This document shows, one piece after another, positions 1 through 9,401 of a stretch of DNA of 32,000 nt. This stretch comes from Promethearchaeota archaeon (GTDB lineage: Archaea > Asgardarchaeota > Hermodarchaeia > Hermodarchaeales > Hermodarchaeaceae). The notes under the pieces are model-generated. The model saw only the letters and a list, made by a program, of their open reading frames with translations, ran no database searches and was not told the DNA's origin. Positions within the stretch are counted from its first letter, which is position 1, and every line of letters begins with the position of its first letter. The stretch is from assembly GCA_048938295.1 (NCBI GenBank), contig JBHLMI010000008.1, forward strand, positions 56,017 to 88,016, read 5' to 3'. The position numbers and the translations under genes are program-made.

Positions 1-2
1 CC

Positions 3-383
3 ATCACCATTAATCTGAGCGAAGGTAACACCTACTATATTGAGGTGTATTCGTATCCAACGGGCGATCTTAGTGCCGGTATCTTTCTACTCCAAGTTTT
101 CACCCCCTCAAGTACTGGTCCTGCCTTTCCAATACCTCCCCTAACCATGATCATGTTAATCGCAGGTATCGTCGTCGGTATCCTTGTTGGCGTTATCACC
201 ATCATTATCTACCGACGAAGACAAACCAGCAGTACCGAACCCCCGTCCCGCTACACTGCCACAACATACATGCCCGGTTCAGCACCATCAACCACCGAAA
301 GCACGAAATTCTGCGCCTATTGCGGTGGAGCAATCCCATCCCGTGCCCACTACTGCCCCATTTGCGGTTCCTCACTGGATTGA
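3..383 (+). CDS. 5'-truncated membrane protein: extracellular beta-domain end (PPC-like), one TM helix, Ser/Thr/Pro linker, C-terminal zinc ribbon
   Basis: The frame is open from base 3 (ITINLSEGNTYYIEVYSY...). It has a hydrophobic stretch IMLIAGIVVGILVGVITIII followed by RRR, and ends in CAYC-x10-CPIC, TGA at 381-383. Confidence 0.75.
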   Translation: MTINLSEGNTYYIEVYSYPTGDLSAGIFLLQVFTPSSTGPAFPIPPLTMIMLIAGIVVGILVGVITIIIYRRRQTSSTEPPSRYTATTYMPGSAPSTTESTKFCAYCGGAIPSRAHYCPICGSSLD

Positions 384-481
384 ATCCCACACCCAACCCT
401 CCTTCCCCGAATATCCGTGTCACCTCAGACCACAGTAGGATACAAAAACTTCCCGAAAACTCTGACACAAACGCTGTTCTT

Positions 482-506
482 TTGCATCCCAGTTGCCGAC
501 TTTAAG
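482..506 (+). promoter_or_regulatory. Putative polB2 promoter: TTGCATC-N12-TTTAAG
   Basis: TTTAAG at 501-506 lies 37 nt before the ATG at 538. TTGCATC starts 19 nt before it, the same spacing as upstream of the 9051-9368 gene. Confidence 0.5.
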
Positions 507-537
507 TAGGGTGCTGAGAGAGCCGTCCTGACCAACA

Positions 538-2745
538 ATGCGTGGCTGGATCCTCGACGTAACTCCCCGGTCCGACCACTTGGTCCTGTGGTTGCGCACG
601 GCAGCAAAATGCATTCCCTTGGAAATACCTTATCAGCCACAATTCTACTTACACGCACCTGGCGTCCAATTCGAGAACTATGCGCCGCTGTTCGAGAATC
701 ACCCACTGGTATGCGCTGTGACCCCGGCGTTTCGTCGGCTGCAATTGCGAGGCGCGCGACGACCGGTTCTCGCCGTAACAGTCTCCTCCTGCACCCAACT
801 CTCCCGAGTCGTTCACGAAATCAAAACCCTCGCTGTCCCCCGTTTTCGCGTCTTCAACGGCGATCTCTCCGCAACCCAGCTCTGGTACCTCGAGCAACGG
901 CGCTTCCCCTTCGAGCAGGTGGAGGTCCACACCGACCAGTCGGGGTCCCGTGTTACCCACATCGACTCCTGCGACTCCCGGTGGGCCCTCGACTACGAAC
1001 TGCCGTCCTTTGATACTGTGGACCTCCACCTAGAAGGAGAAGACCTGTTCTGTGCCACCAGCACCTCTGGTGAGACGTTGCAGACCACAGAGCCCATGAT
1101 GCTCCAGGATTGGATTAACATTCAAGATCCGGACATCATCTTCACCGAAGACGGCGACTACCGCATCTTTCCTACTCTCATTCGACGCGTCCAAGAGGAG
1201 GGGATGTTGCACCAGTTTTCGTTGAGTCGGGACCAGACTCCCCATGTCTTCAGTGACAAGACTCTGCCTGCAGGTCGTGCTGTCTTCCGGTATGGCGGCC
1301 CAGTCTTTTATCGTCCACACCCCTTTCTGCTCCATGGACGTTTGCATCTGGACCGATCACACATGACCTTCGGTAACTTCGACGGACTCATCGAATCAAG
1401 TCGAATTACCGCCTTTCCGCCCCAGCGTATGGCGCGAAGCAGCCCGGGCACCGGTATCAATATGCTCCAGATGCAAGAGGCACTCAACCGTGGTGTCCTG
1501 ATTCCCGAAACCAAAGCCGACCCAGAAGAGTACAAGACCGGGCTTGAACTCCTCAACGCTGACCGGGGTGGCCACGTCATCACCCCGCGTGTTGGCATCT
1601 TCAGTGAAGTCGGCGAACTCGACTTCCTGTCCATGTATCCGTCGCTGATGGTCAAGTATAACATCTCGCCGGAAGCCTTGTTCTGCGACTGTTGCCCCGA
1701 GGACGCCACTGTGGTGCCCGAGATAGGCTATTGGTTATGTCGGCGCCAGCGCGGCATTGTCCCTACCTTCCTTGAACCTATTCTCAAGAAACGAATCTAC
1801 TACAAGCGACACCGCCATGATGACCCTATATACGAGGCGCGGCAAGCCGCGTTGAAATGGCTCCTCGTCGTCTCCTTTGGTTACCTCGGGTTTCGAGCCT
1901 CACGATTTGGTCGCGTCGAAGCCTATGAATGTGTCACAGCCTTCAGTCGACGGGTCCTGCTGCAGACCAAAGCCGTCTGTGAACGCAAAGGCTTTGATGT
2001 GCTCCATGGCATCGTGGACTGCGTCTGGCTGCAGAAGCCCGGCGCCACTGTCGAAGACTACCTGACCGCCGGCGAAGCCGTTGAGGAAGTGACCGGACTA
2101 CCGATAGAATTTGAAGGCCGCTATCGGTGGATTATGTTCTTGCCTTGTCGCAATCAACCCTACGGCGCGCTGACACGCTACTGCGGAGTAAAACACGATG
2201 GTACCATTAAAGCCCGAGGCATTGAACTGCGACGCCGTGATACTCCACCGTTCATCAAGCAACTCCAGATGGACCTCCTCACTTGTCTGGCGGGAGCTGA
2301 AGACACTGATGAGATGCAGCAACTGCTCCCGCAATTGCTCGATATCGTCAAAGACTATCTTGACCTTTTGCACAGCGGTGGAATGACAACGGAGGACCTC
2401 ATCATCACTCAACGCATCAGCCGATCCCCCCACGAATACCAGCAGCAGTGCAGCCAGGCCATTGCCGCTGAACTCGCCATCCGATACGGGCAAGACATCC
2501 AGCCAGGACAAGCCATTAAGTACGTGCACACCGACTCCACGTCTCGTCATCCATTGCGCCGTGTCGCGCTCCCCCACACCGCAGCAGCAGTCCACTATGA
2601 CAAGGACAAATACACCGAGCTGCTGCTCCGCGCCGCCGATACCCTCCTGACACCCCTCGGTTGGAATTACGAGCGGCTCACACAATACTTCAGCGATAAA
2701 CCAGTCCAAACCTTGCTGGACTCTCATATTCGAGTGCGAAAGTAG
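538..2745 (+). CDS. polB2: Family B DNA polymerase, archaeal PolB2 group
   Basis: Motif A is DFLSMYPS. Motif B is KWLLVVSFGY (canonical KxxxNSxYG) and motif C is HGIVDC (canonical YGDTDS); these substitutions typify PolB2. The exonuclease motifs are degenerate and KARGIELRRRD is present. Confidence 0.9.
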   Translation: MRGWILDVTPRSDHLVLWLRTAAKCIPLEIPYQPQFYLHAPGVQFENYAPLFENHPLVCAVTPAFRRLQLRGARRPVLAVTVSSCTQLSRVVHEIKTLAVPRFRVFNGDLSATQLWYLEQRRFPFEQVEVHTDQSGSRVTHIDSCDSRWALDYELPSFDTVDLHLEGEDLFCATSTSGETLQTTEPMMLQDWINIQDPDIIFTEDGDYRIFPTLIRRVQEEGMLHQFSLSRDQTPHVFSDKTLPAGRAVFRYGGPVFYRPHPFLLHGRLHLDRSHMTFGNFDGLIESSRITAFPPQRMARSSPGTGINMLQMQEALNRGVLIPETKADPEEYKTGLELLNADRGGHVITPRVGIFSEVGELDFLSMYPSLMVKYNISPEALFCDCCPEDATVVPEIGYWLCRRQRGIVPTFLEPILKKRIYYKRHRHDDPIYEARQAALKWLLVVSFGYLGFRASRFGRVEAYECVTAFSRRVLLQTKAVCERKGFDVLHGIVDCVWLQKPGATVEDYLTAGEAVEEVTGLPIEFEGRYRWIMFLPCRNQPYGALTRYCGVKHDGTIKARGIELRRRDTPPFIKQLQMDLLTCLAGAEDTDEMQQLLPQLLDIVKDYLDLLHSGGMTTEDLIITQRISRSPHEYQQQCSQAIAAELAIRYGQDIQPGQAIKYVHTDSTSRHPLRRVALPHTAAAVHYDKDKYTELLLRAADTLLTPLGWNYERLTQYFSDKPVQTLLDSHIRVRK

Positions 2746-2752
2746 TCTGCAT

Positions 2753-3934
2753 CTACTTGTGTAAAAATTCTGTTATGCGTGATGCTGCTTCACGTATCCG
2801 ATTCGGTGGAGCAGAGCCCACACTGATGCGAATGTTATTGGGGTAGGCAGACCCAAATTGATCTCCAGGAACGACAACCACGCCCTTCTCTTCGAGGAGA
2901 GAGACAGCAAATTCAGGTCCTGTCATCCCAGTGTCTTCCACATCGGGAAACAGATAGAAGCCTGCCACAGGTTCATAGGTGAATGTGAAGCCTTTGATGG
3001 GCTTGAAACTTTCAAGGGCCACTTTGCGACGATCGTCTAAGACATTACGATGCTGCTCAATGATTCCCTTGAAGGCGGTGGGATTTGACAGCGTCTTCAT
3101 AGCACCTACCTGAATAGGAGTGGGAGCACAGGCGGTATTATATTGGTGCACCTGATAGATCGGACGCATCAACTTCACAGGAGCTATGACATAACCAAGG
3201 CGTAACCCAGTCATCGCTAATGCCTTGGAAAAACTATTGGCGATAATGACATTATCTCGATCAAAGTTGGCAGCACAGGTGTGTGGATGACCATCAAAAC
3301 GTAAGAATTCATAGCATTCATCGGAAATTAGAATACTATCATACTCGCTAGCTAGTTCAACAATTGTCTTTATACTCTGATCTGAAGCCACTGAGCCAGT
3401 TGGATTACACGGTGAATTAATAATGACCATTTGAGGAGGTTTCTTTTCAAATTCAGCACGATACTTGTTAGCATCTAGGTCAAATGCTGAAGTCATTGGA
3501 ATCAATTTCACCTCTGCTCCTGCAAGTTTTGCTTGGTTTGCGAAGTAACCAAACGCAGGGTCTTGAACAAACACCAAATCGCCAGGATTAATTAGAGCCA
3601 GCATTGCATCAAGCAGGCCCTCCAAGGCGCCACAAGTTACCAAAATCTCATCAGCCGTATAATCCAGGTTGTAGGTTTCCTGATACCGGTCGGCAATAGC
3701 TTGACGTAATTCAAGAATACCCGCATTAGAGGAATAATGGGTTTGCCCTGTTGCGAATGCGTCGGCAATGGCATCGCCTAGAAAGGGAGGGAGGGGTAAG
3801 TCCAAATCCCCAATGCCTAAGGAGATCACATCCACCCCTTTAGCTGCCAGCCTAGAACCAATTTCGAAAAACTCTCGAAGCCCGCTAGGTGAAACACCTT
3901 GTAAACGTGAAGCAGTTTTGACAGTCTTTGGCAT
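2753..3934 (-). CDS. PLP-dependent class I/II aminotransferase (aspartate aminotransferase-like)
   Basis: Motifs LGIGDLD, HYSSNAGILELR, NSPCNPTG, DECYE and SFSKALAMTGLRLG (PLP lysine). Start placed at the ATG at 3934; the ORF track extends to 4015. Confidence 0.93.
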   Translation of the reverse strand: MPKTVKTASRLQGVSPSGLREFFEIGSRLAAKGVDVISLGIGDLDLPLPPFLGDAIADAFATGQTHYSSNAGILELRQAIADRYQETYNLDYTADEILVTCGALEGLLDAMLALINPGDLVFVQDPAFGYFANQAKLAGAEVKLIPMTSAFDLDANKYRAEFEKKPPQMVIINSPCNPTGSVASDQSIKTIVELASEYDSILISDECYEFLRFDGHPHTCAANFDRDNVIIANSFSKALAMTGLRLGYVIAPVKLMRPIYQVHQYNTACAPTPIQVGAMKTLSNPTAFKGIIEQHRNVLDDRRKVALESFKPIKGFTFTYEPVAGFYLFPDVEDTGMTGPEFAVSLLEEKGVVVVPGDQFGSAYPNNIRISVGSAPPNRIREAASRITEFLHK

Positions 3935-4088
3935 AAATTCAGGCTCCTCTCGATCATCGTCCCCTTTCCATACTCGTTTCTCCTTGAAAAAGTTCTGTAC
4001 ACACCAAATAATCAATACCTAGACTGATTGGTGAAATAAGATAGAAATTTCTAAAGCTATTTTAAGGAACAAAAGGCAATCTTGAGTC

Positions 4089-5489
4089 ATGAAAAAATAT
4101 GATGCTATTGTAATTGGCTCTGGATCTGGTGGAATCATCCTCGATCAAGCTTACCGGGCAGGATTCAAAGTTGCTTATGTTGATAGAGGACCTCTCGGTG
4201 GAACCTGTCTAAACGTTGGATGTATCCCGTCAAAAATGCTCATTTACCCCGCGGATCGAATCGTCGAAATCCAAGAGGCACACAAACTGGGAATCGATGC
4301 GGAGATTAAAAATATCGACTTCAAGGCAATCATGAAACGGATGCGGGAACCAATTGACGAAAGCCTTTCTCACATGCGGGCAGGCCTCCAACATGCCCAG
4401 AACCTTGACTTCTATGAAGCAGAAGGCCAATTTACTGGTAACTACACCATAGAGGTTGCTGGTGATGAAATTCGGGGAGAGAAGATCTTCATTGTCGCTG
4501 GTGCACGCCCCTCCATTCCCCCCATCAAAGGTTTAGACCAAATCAACTATCTTACGAACGAGACACTTCTCGAGCTCACTGAATTACCAAAGAGCGTTAT
4601 CATTATTGGTGGAGGATATATCGCGGCAGAATACAGCCATTTTTTAGCAGCCATGGGCTCCGAGATTACTATACTGCAACGTGCACCCAGATTGGTTCCC
4701 CAAAACGAACCCGAAATATCCCTCACATTGCAGAAAGCCCTCTCGAAGAGAATGCGCATCATCACAAATACTGCTGCCATTGAAGTGAAACATACAGCCT
4801 CGGGTGACACTGTTATTGCTGAAAACAAAACAACCGGAGAAGAGATGGAATTCACCAGCGAACGTATCCTTGTTGCAACAGGACGACGATCCAATGCTGA
4901 TGTATTGAAAGTTGAAAAGACAGGAGTCAAAACCGACGAACGCGGATTCATTGTGGTCAACGATTACCTCGAAACGAGTAAAAAGAACATCTGGGCCCTT
5001 GGAGATGTCACAGGACGTTACATGTTTAAACATGTCGCCAACCGTGAAGCCCAAATTGCTTGGAACAACGCTGTAGGCGATCAGAAACAGAAAATGGAAT
5101 ACCACGCTGTTCCCTACGCCGTGTTTTCCTACCCTCAAATTGCTGGCGTAGGACTCACTGCTGCTGAAGCAGCTAAGAAATATGACATCCTTCTGGGAAC
5201 AGCCAAATATTCAGATGTCGCTAAGGGTGAAGCTATGGTCGAAGAAGAAGGATTCGCTAAAGCCATCGTCGATAAAAACACCTACAAAATCCACGGATTC
5301 CACATCATCGGTCCCTATGCAGCGATGCTTATTCAGGAGGTGGTTGACATCATGGCCATTGGCGGTAACATGTGGACTCTCGCCCAAGGCATGCATATTC
5401 ATCCCGCACTGACCGAGTTGGTCGTATCTGCACTTGGGAACCTATATGATCCCACACATATCCATCATCATGAACACGAGCAGCATTAG
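4089..5489 (+). CDS. Class I pyridine nucleotide-disulfide oxidoreductase (dihydrolipoamide dehydrogenase/mycothione reductase-like)
   Basis: GSGSGG FAD motif, GGTCLNVGCIPSK redox disulfide, GGGYIAAE, ATGRRSN, WALGD and HPALTE, followed by a His-rich tail. Confidence 0.92.
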   Translation: MKKYDAIVIGSGSGGIILDQAYRAGFKVAYVDRGPLGGTCLNVGCIPSKMLIYPADRIVEIQEAHKLGIDAEIKNIDFKAIMKRMREPIDESLSHMRAGLQHAQNLDFYEAEGQFTGNYTIEVAGDEIRGEKIFIVAGARPSIPPIKGLDQINYLTNETLLELTELPKSVIIIGGGYIAAEYSHFLAAMGSEITILQRAPRLVPQNEPEISLTLQKALSKRMRIITNTAAIEVKHTASGDTVIAENKTTGEEMEFTSERILVATGRRSNADVLKVEKTGVKTDERGFIVVNDYLETSKKNIWALGDVTGRYMFKHVANREAQIAWNNAVGDQKQKMEYHAVPYAVFSYPQIAGVGLTAAEAAKKYDILLGTAKYSDVAKGEAMVEEEGFAKAIVDKNTYKIHGFHIIGPYAAMLIQEVVDIMAIGGNMWTLAQGMHIHPALTELVVSALGNLYDPTHIHHHEHEQH

Positions 5490-5500
5490 GAGCCCAACAG

Positions 5501-5833
5501 ATGGCAGATAAAATAATTGTAATCATCACCTCAGGTGATAGAGGTGTTGTAAAAACCGCTTTGATGTATGCTCGGAATACTCTGAAGTACAAATGGCTCG
5601 AAGATGTCAAAATCATCTTTTTTGGCCCCTCAGAACAATTGGTAGCCAACGACCCAGACCTTGCCAAGGAAGTTCAAGAAATCTGTATGCAAGGAGATGG
5701 TATTGCCTGTAAATTTATCTCGGATAATGAAGGCACCTCTAAATCACTTACTCAGCTTGGGCTCCAAATCGAATATGTCGGGGCCATCATTGCTGATTTC
5801 ATTAAAGGCGGGTACATCCCAATGGTATGGTAA
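5501..5833 (+). CDS. DsrE/DsrF-like protein
   Basis: 110 aa with the pattern IIVIITSGD...ALMYA...DVKIIFFGPSEQL...IACKFIS. It starts 11 nt after the oxidoreductase. Confidence 0.75.
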   Translation: MADKIIVIITSGDRGVVKTALMYARNTLKYKWLEDVKIIFFGPSEQLVANDPDLAKEVQEICMQGDGIACKFISDNEGTSKSLTQLGLQIEYVGAIIADFIKGGYIPMVW

Positions 5834-5844
5834 CCAATTTGCTG

Positions 5845-6072
5845 CTATATCGCAATGCAGGTTTCTGTGCGATTTACTCCATCCACACTATGGATACCTT
5901 CCATTACTTCCCTCAAATCCTCTGTAGAGGGAAGTACAGCATAAGCAATCACATCATAAGGTCCTGTTACGACATTGGATCGGTCGACACCTGAAATTTT
6001 CCCAATGGCTTGAGCGACATCCCATACCTTCCCTGCTTCAACCCGTATCAGAATGTATACAACTACCGGCAC
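5845..6072 (-). CDS. Stand-alone Lrp/AsnC ligand-binding (RAM) domain protein
   Basis: VYILIRVEAGK...VVTGPYDVIA...IHSVDGVNRTETCIA, with no HTH. The start is uncertain (GTG 6072 chosen; ORF open to 6105). Confidence 0.85.
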   Translation of the reverse strand: MPVVVYILIRVEAGKVWDVAQAIGKISGVDRSNVVTGPYDVIAYAVLPSTEDLREVMEGIHSVDGVNRTETCIAI

Positions 6073-6169
6073 TTCAATCACTACTTCAAAGTATATCTCA
6101 ACCAAGATATTAATCTAATAGATACCATTACAGTCGCCACCATCAAAACCTTTGAGATGTTTATAAGCA

Positions 6170-6970
6170 ATGAAACTAGCTAAACCGATCTTTAACAACC
6201 TCTTCGAGGTGATTCAGAATCGTCGGTCAATGCGCCTATTCCTTGATAAACCGATCCCAAACAATGCACTCGAAGTCATCCTCAAAGCAGGTTTTCGTGC
6301 CCCCTTCGCAGCCCAATTGTGCAGCCTCATCTACACACGTGATCGAAAGAAAATCGAAGACCTAGGGTTTCTGGGGGTATATCCGACAACACAGGTACTG
6401 ATATTTTTTCTCGTTGATTTGAATCGCCACGAGAAGGTCATGAACCAGCGAGGGCACAAATACGATTTTGATGATACTCTGGCTCTCTGGCTTGGTTTGC
6501 AGGATGTTTCCCTTGTTGTGGAAAACCTCATTCTAGCCGCAGAAGGTTATGGTTTAGGTTCCGTCTTGCTAGGTGCAACGCCTAATGCTGCTGATGAATT
6601 AACTAGGATGTTCAACATCCCTAAACGAGCCTTTCCAGTTGTTGGATTATGCCTAGGATATCCCAATCCTGCAGAACACACCGAAATTCGGCCCAGGTAT
6701 CCGCTTACCTTTAGTGCGTTTGAAGACAGATATCATCAACCATCAAAGGAGGAGTTACTAGAAGCCATGAAAGTCATGGATGAAGGGTATCTCGCTCAGG
6801 ATTACTATATTGAGCGACGGGCAAAGATTCCGCTTCGGAAAGGGAAAGACACCATCGATTATGACACCTATTCTTGGTGTGAGCATATCTCCCGAAAATT
6901 CATTTCAGGTGGATGGTCGAAAAGATCATTACTTGATACATTGCGAAAACACGGATTCACCTTAGACTGA
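6170..6970 (+). CDS. Nitroreductase family flavoprotein (NfsA/FRP-like)
   Basis: NRRSMRLF FMN-binding start, ENLILAAEGYGLGSVLLG, PVVGLCLGYP and RPRYP. Confidence 0.9.
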   Translation: MKLAKPIFNNLFEVIQNRRSMRLFLDKPIPNNALEVILKAGFRAPFAAQLCSLIYTRDRKKIEDLGFLGVYPTTQVLIFFLVDLNRHEKVMNQRGHKYDFDDTLALWLGLQDVSLVVENLILAAEGYGLGSVLLGATPNAADELTRMFNIPKRAFPVVGLCLGYPNPAEHTEIRPRYPLTFSAFEDRYHQPSKEELLEAMKVMDEGYLAQDYYIERRAKIPLRKGKDTIDYDTYSWCEHISRKFISGGWSKRSLLDTLRKHGFTLD

Positions 6971-6978
6971 TGTCGCTG

Positions 6979-7608
6979 CTAGCCTGGGAAGTGTGGACCT
7001 GATAAAACTGGGAAATGATCCATTTGGCTCTTCAAGGCATCGAGTTTTTTGAGGAGTTCTTGGTGCATTGCGGTGATGCTCATAATCACCGTGCCATCTA
7101 GACTTTGCTTCTCAGCCAGCATTGCAGCTTCGTCTTGTAAGCGTCCAGCAACCGAGACCATATCCGCGAGTCGTTGAATCATGCTTTTCATCAGGGTTTC
7201 CGTATCGCTGATGACAATGCGATCGGAGCGGAAAATCTGTTTCACATCAAAGCCGTTGAAGCTGAGTGGCTTATCCTTATATTGGTCAATAACTTCAGCG
7301 GTGTACGATTGAAGGAATAAGGAGCTTAACCGGTTCAGCGCATCATTGAGCTCAAACTCATCATGATCGTTTGATGACAGAATCACAAAAACGAGACTCT
7401 CAAACACGTTAAAAGCCATTTTTACTTGTAACAACCGCAACCGTTCTAAAGCTCCTGCATTCCGCAACACATTCACAAGAGTGACTGCAAGAGTCGAAAA
7501 CACGGAGGGATCCATCCCAATCGCCGCCAACCGACTTTTACCGGCAGGAGCCAAGTGGAAGAGTGGATTCTCAGTTTGCCGATGCACTATGAGGATATCA
7601 TGGATCAT
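6979..7608 (-). CDS. Longin-like domain protein with a C-terminal helical/coiled-coil segment
   Basis: The N-terminus MIHDILIVH...PLFH...D(P)SVFS...LVFVILS...LNRLSSLFLQSY fits the longin/sensor beta-beta-alpha-beta-beta-beta-alpha pattern. A heptad-like C-terminal ~65 aa follows. ATG at 7608 after a GGAAGGT site. Confidence 0.6.
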   Translation of the reverse strand: MIHDILIVHRQTENPLFHLAPAGKSRLAAIGMDPSVFSTLAVTLVNVLRNAGALERLRLLQVKMAFNVFESLVFVILSSNDHDEFELNDALNRLSSLFLQSYTAEVIDQYKDKPLSFNGFDVKQIFRSDRIVISDTETLMKSMIQRLADMVSVAGRLQDEAAMLAEKQSLDGTVIMSITAMHQELLKKLDALKSQMDHFPVLSGPHFPG

Positions 7609-7766
7609 TGTAGCCTTACCTTCCCAACACAAGTGTCTTTCAAAGACCTGTCTAACTAATTTTGTCAGATACGCTCTTAAATCGATTGCCTAGGTACTGA
7701 CATTTCCAACTAAAATCCGAGAAAAGATGTAGCCAAAAAACACCTCATGAAAGGTTTCTGTCACCA

Positions 7767-9038
7767 TTATTCTCTATGGATTCTTCTATTCTGAGTATAT
7801 TTGTTGATGATTAGCAGAGAAGCTGCTATTCCGAAGATTAAGGCCAAGAAGCCAGCTAGATTTACAAAAGCATTTGGTGTTGAAGCTGAGTCTGATAGTG
7901 AGGGTAATACGTAGTCTTTGACAAGATTAAGAAACGGAACACCATCAGGTTCTTCAGCTGTAACCACAATCACTAAGTCATGTTGGGGAATGACGCAGAT
8001 CCCCTGACCCCCAGCACCAAACGCAGCGTAAGCACCAATAATGGGATAGATTATCCAATGGTATCCATAACCATAGCCGGGACAGAACATCGTATGCATT
8101 TGTGTTGATTCAACAACCCACTCTTCCGAAATCACCTGTTGCTGTTCCCATCGCCCCTTATGTAAATAGAGAAACCCATACTTGGCCATATCTCGTGGTA
8201 AGAGACTAAGTCCAAAACCACCATAATTGATTCCCTGACGATCCGACTCCCAATAGTGGCGTGTAATCCCTAGGGGTTGAAACAAATGCTCAGCAGCAAA
8301 GTGGTGCATACTTTCTCCGCTAGTGACGGTGATGAGTGTTGAGAGCATGGATGAGGCACCCGTGTTGTAGTACCATTTCCAATTGGGTGCACATTCCATC
8401 GGCAAATCAAGGAAGAACTGGACACTATCCTCACTCTGTATCCATTGCACAAAGGAATTTCTTGAATCATCATAAGAGTAGGTTCCTTCATCCCATTGAA
8501 GGCCTGTTTTCATTGTTAACAAATCCCGAACAGCAATCATATCCTTCAATGGGTTCGGGTTTGCCACGGTCCGGTTAGGAAAATATGCGAGAACAGGATC
8601 CTGAATATTGCCAATATAGCCTTCATCGACCGCAATCCCAAAGATGCCTGCGGTGACGCTCTTAGTGACAGAAGCGAGAAAGTGAAGCTGATTCTCATCG
8701 TAGGCAGGATTAGGATAGGTTTCGAAGACAATGTATCCATGGTGCACGACCAAGAAAGCGTTATAGCACAGCTCATAAGAATTTAGCTTCGCATCTAATA
8801 GGTCCAAGAGACGTGAATCCATGCCCTGAGATTCCGGAGAAGCGAATAGCCAACCATCAGTGGGCCAATAATCTGGTTCACTTGGAGTACCATTAAGGTT
8901 CGATGAAGGTAGTGCGGCACTCACTGGAATGAGAAAAAACAACACAACCCAGAGAACCTGAAACCGAACATTCACTTGCCGTACCTCAGGTAGACCAGCC
9001 TCCAATCTAGTAGTTAAAAACTCAAATGATACAGGCAA
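7767..9038 (-). CDS. Membrane-anchored serine hydrolase, beta-lactamase class C/AmpC family
   Basis: SxxK (ASVTKS), YxN (YYNT) and LFQPLGI motifs, an N-terminal signal-like hydrophobic segment and a C-terminal TM helix. The true start may be somewhat downstream of 9038. Confidence 0.88.
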   Translation of the reverse strand: MPVSFEFLTTRLEAGLPEVRQVNVRFQVLWVVLFFLIPVSAALPSSNLNGTPSEPDYWPTDGWLFASPESQGMDSRLLDLLDAKLNSYELCYNAFLVVHHGYIVFETYPNPAYDENQLHFLASVTKSVTAGIFGIAVDEGYIGNIQDPVLAYFPNRTVANPNPLKDMIAVRDLLTMKTGLQWDEGTYSYDDSRNSFVQWIQSEDSVQFFLDLPMECAPNWKWYYNTGASSMLSTLITVTSGESMHHFAAEHLFQPLGITRHYWESDRQGINYGGFGLSLLPRDMAKYGFLYLHKGRWEQQQVISEEWVVESTQMHTMFCPGYGYGYHWIIYPIIGAYAAFGAGGQGICVIPQHDLVIVVTAEEPDGVPFLNLVKDYVLPSLSDSASTPNAFVNLAGFLALIFGIAASLLIINKYTQNRRIHRE

Positions 9039-9050
9039 ATCACAAAAGAA

Positions 9051-9368
9051 TCACAATTCGGCTTGCACCCGTCGCACAAACCCTTGGTAGTTGTGATTAG
9101 CAATCGAGCTCGCATGACCTGCCACCGTGGCCAGAGCCAGACGCAACTGTAGCACCTCCTGATACAGCCCCAGGATCATAGACATAAACAAGGCTTCAGA
9201 GGCACACGGACGAGCCACAGCACTGGCTGCATCCGCATAGGTCCGCGCATAGACAAAGAGGTTATCAAAGGCGGGTTGCTCGTCGGCACGCAACGCGGCA
9301 CGAAAGATTCCCCAACGCCGGCGCTCCTTTTCCAGTTGTAGTCGATAGGTAGGTACTGTACGTCCCAT
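9051..9368 (-). CDS. Small alpha-helical protein normally encoded beside PolB2 (arCOG07300-like)
   Basis: MGRTVPTYR...W..FRAALR..EQPAFD.LF..AR..ADAA...RP...E.LFMSM matches, from memory, the small protein found next to archaeal polB2. GGTGGTG site upstream of the ATG at 9368. Confidence 0.75.
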   Translation of the reverse strand: MGRTVPTYRLQLEKERRRWGIFRAALRADEQPAFDNLFVYARTYADAASAVARPCASEALFMSMILGLYQEVLQLRLALATVAGHASSIANHNYQGFVRRVQAEL

Positions 9369-9401
9369 CAAACACACCACCGGTGAGACTGGACGTACGG
9401 C

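Noticed and set aside
505-535. GGGTGCTGAGA upstream of polB2 resembling the start of a TPP riboswitch
   Set aside because: There is no room for, or sequence of, the remaining aptamer before the ATG at 538.
588-2727. Several 60-209 aa ORFs overlapping polB2
   Set aside because: Alternative-frame or antisense ORFs expected in GC-rich coding DNA.
538-2745. polB2 as a pseudogene or dead polymerase
   Set aside because: The ORF is intact at 735 aa, and the motif changes are the conserved PolB2 pattern with the motif A Asp and the second motif C Asp retained.
4089-5489. Call as mercuric reductase (merA) or definitive lpdA
   Set aside because: No C-terminal Cys-Cys or NmerA domain, and no dehydrogenase complex genes nearby; left as a family-level call.
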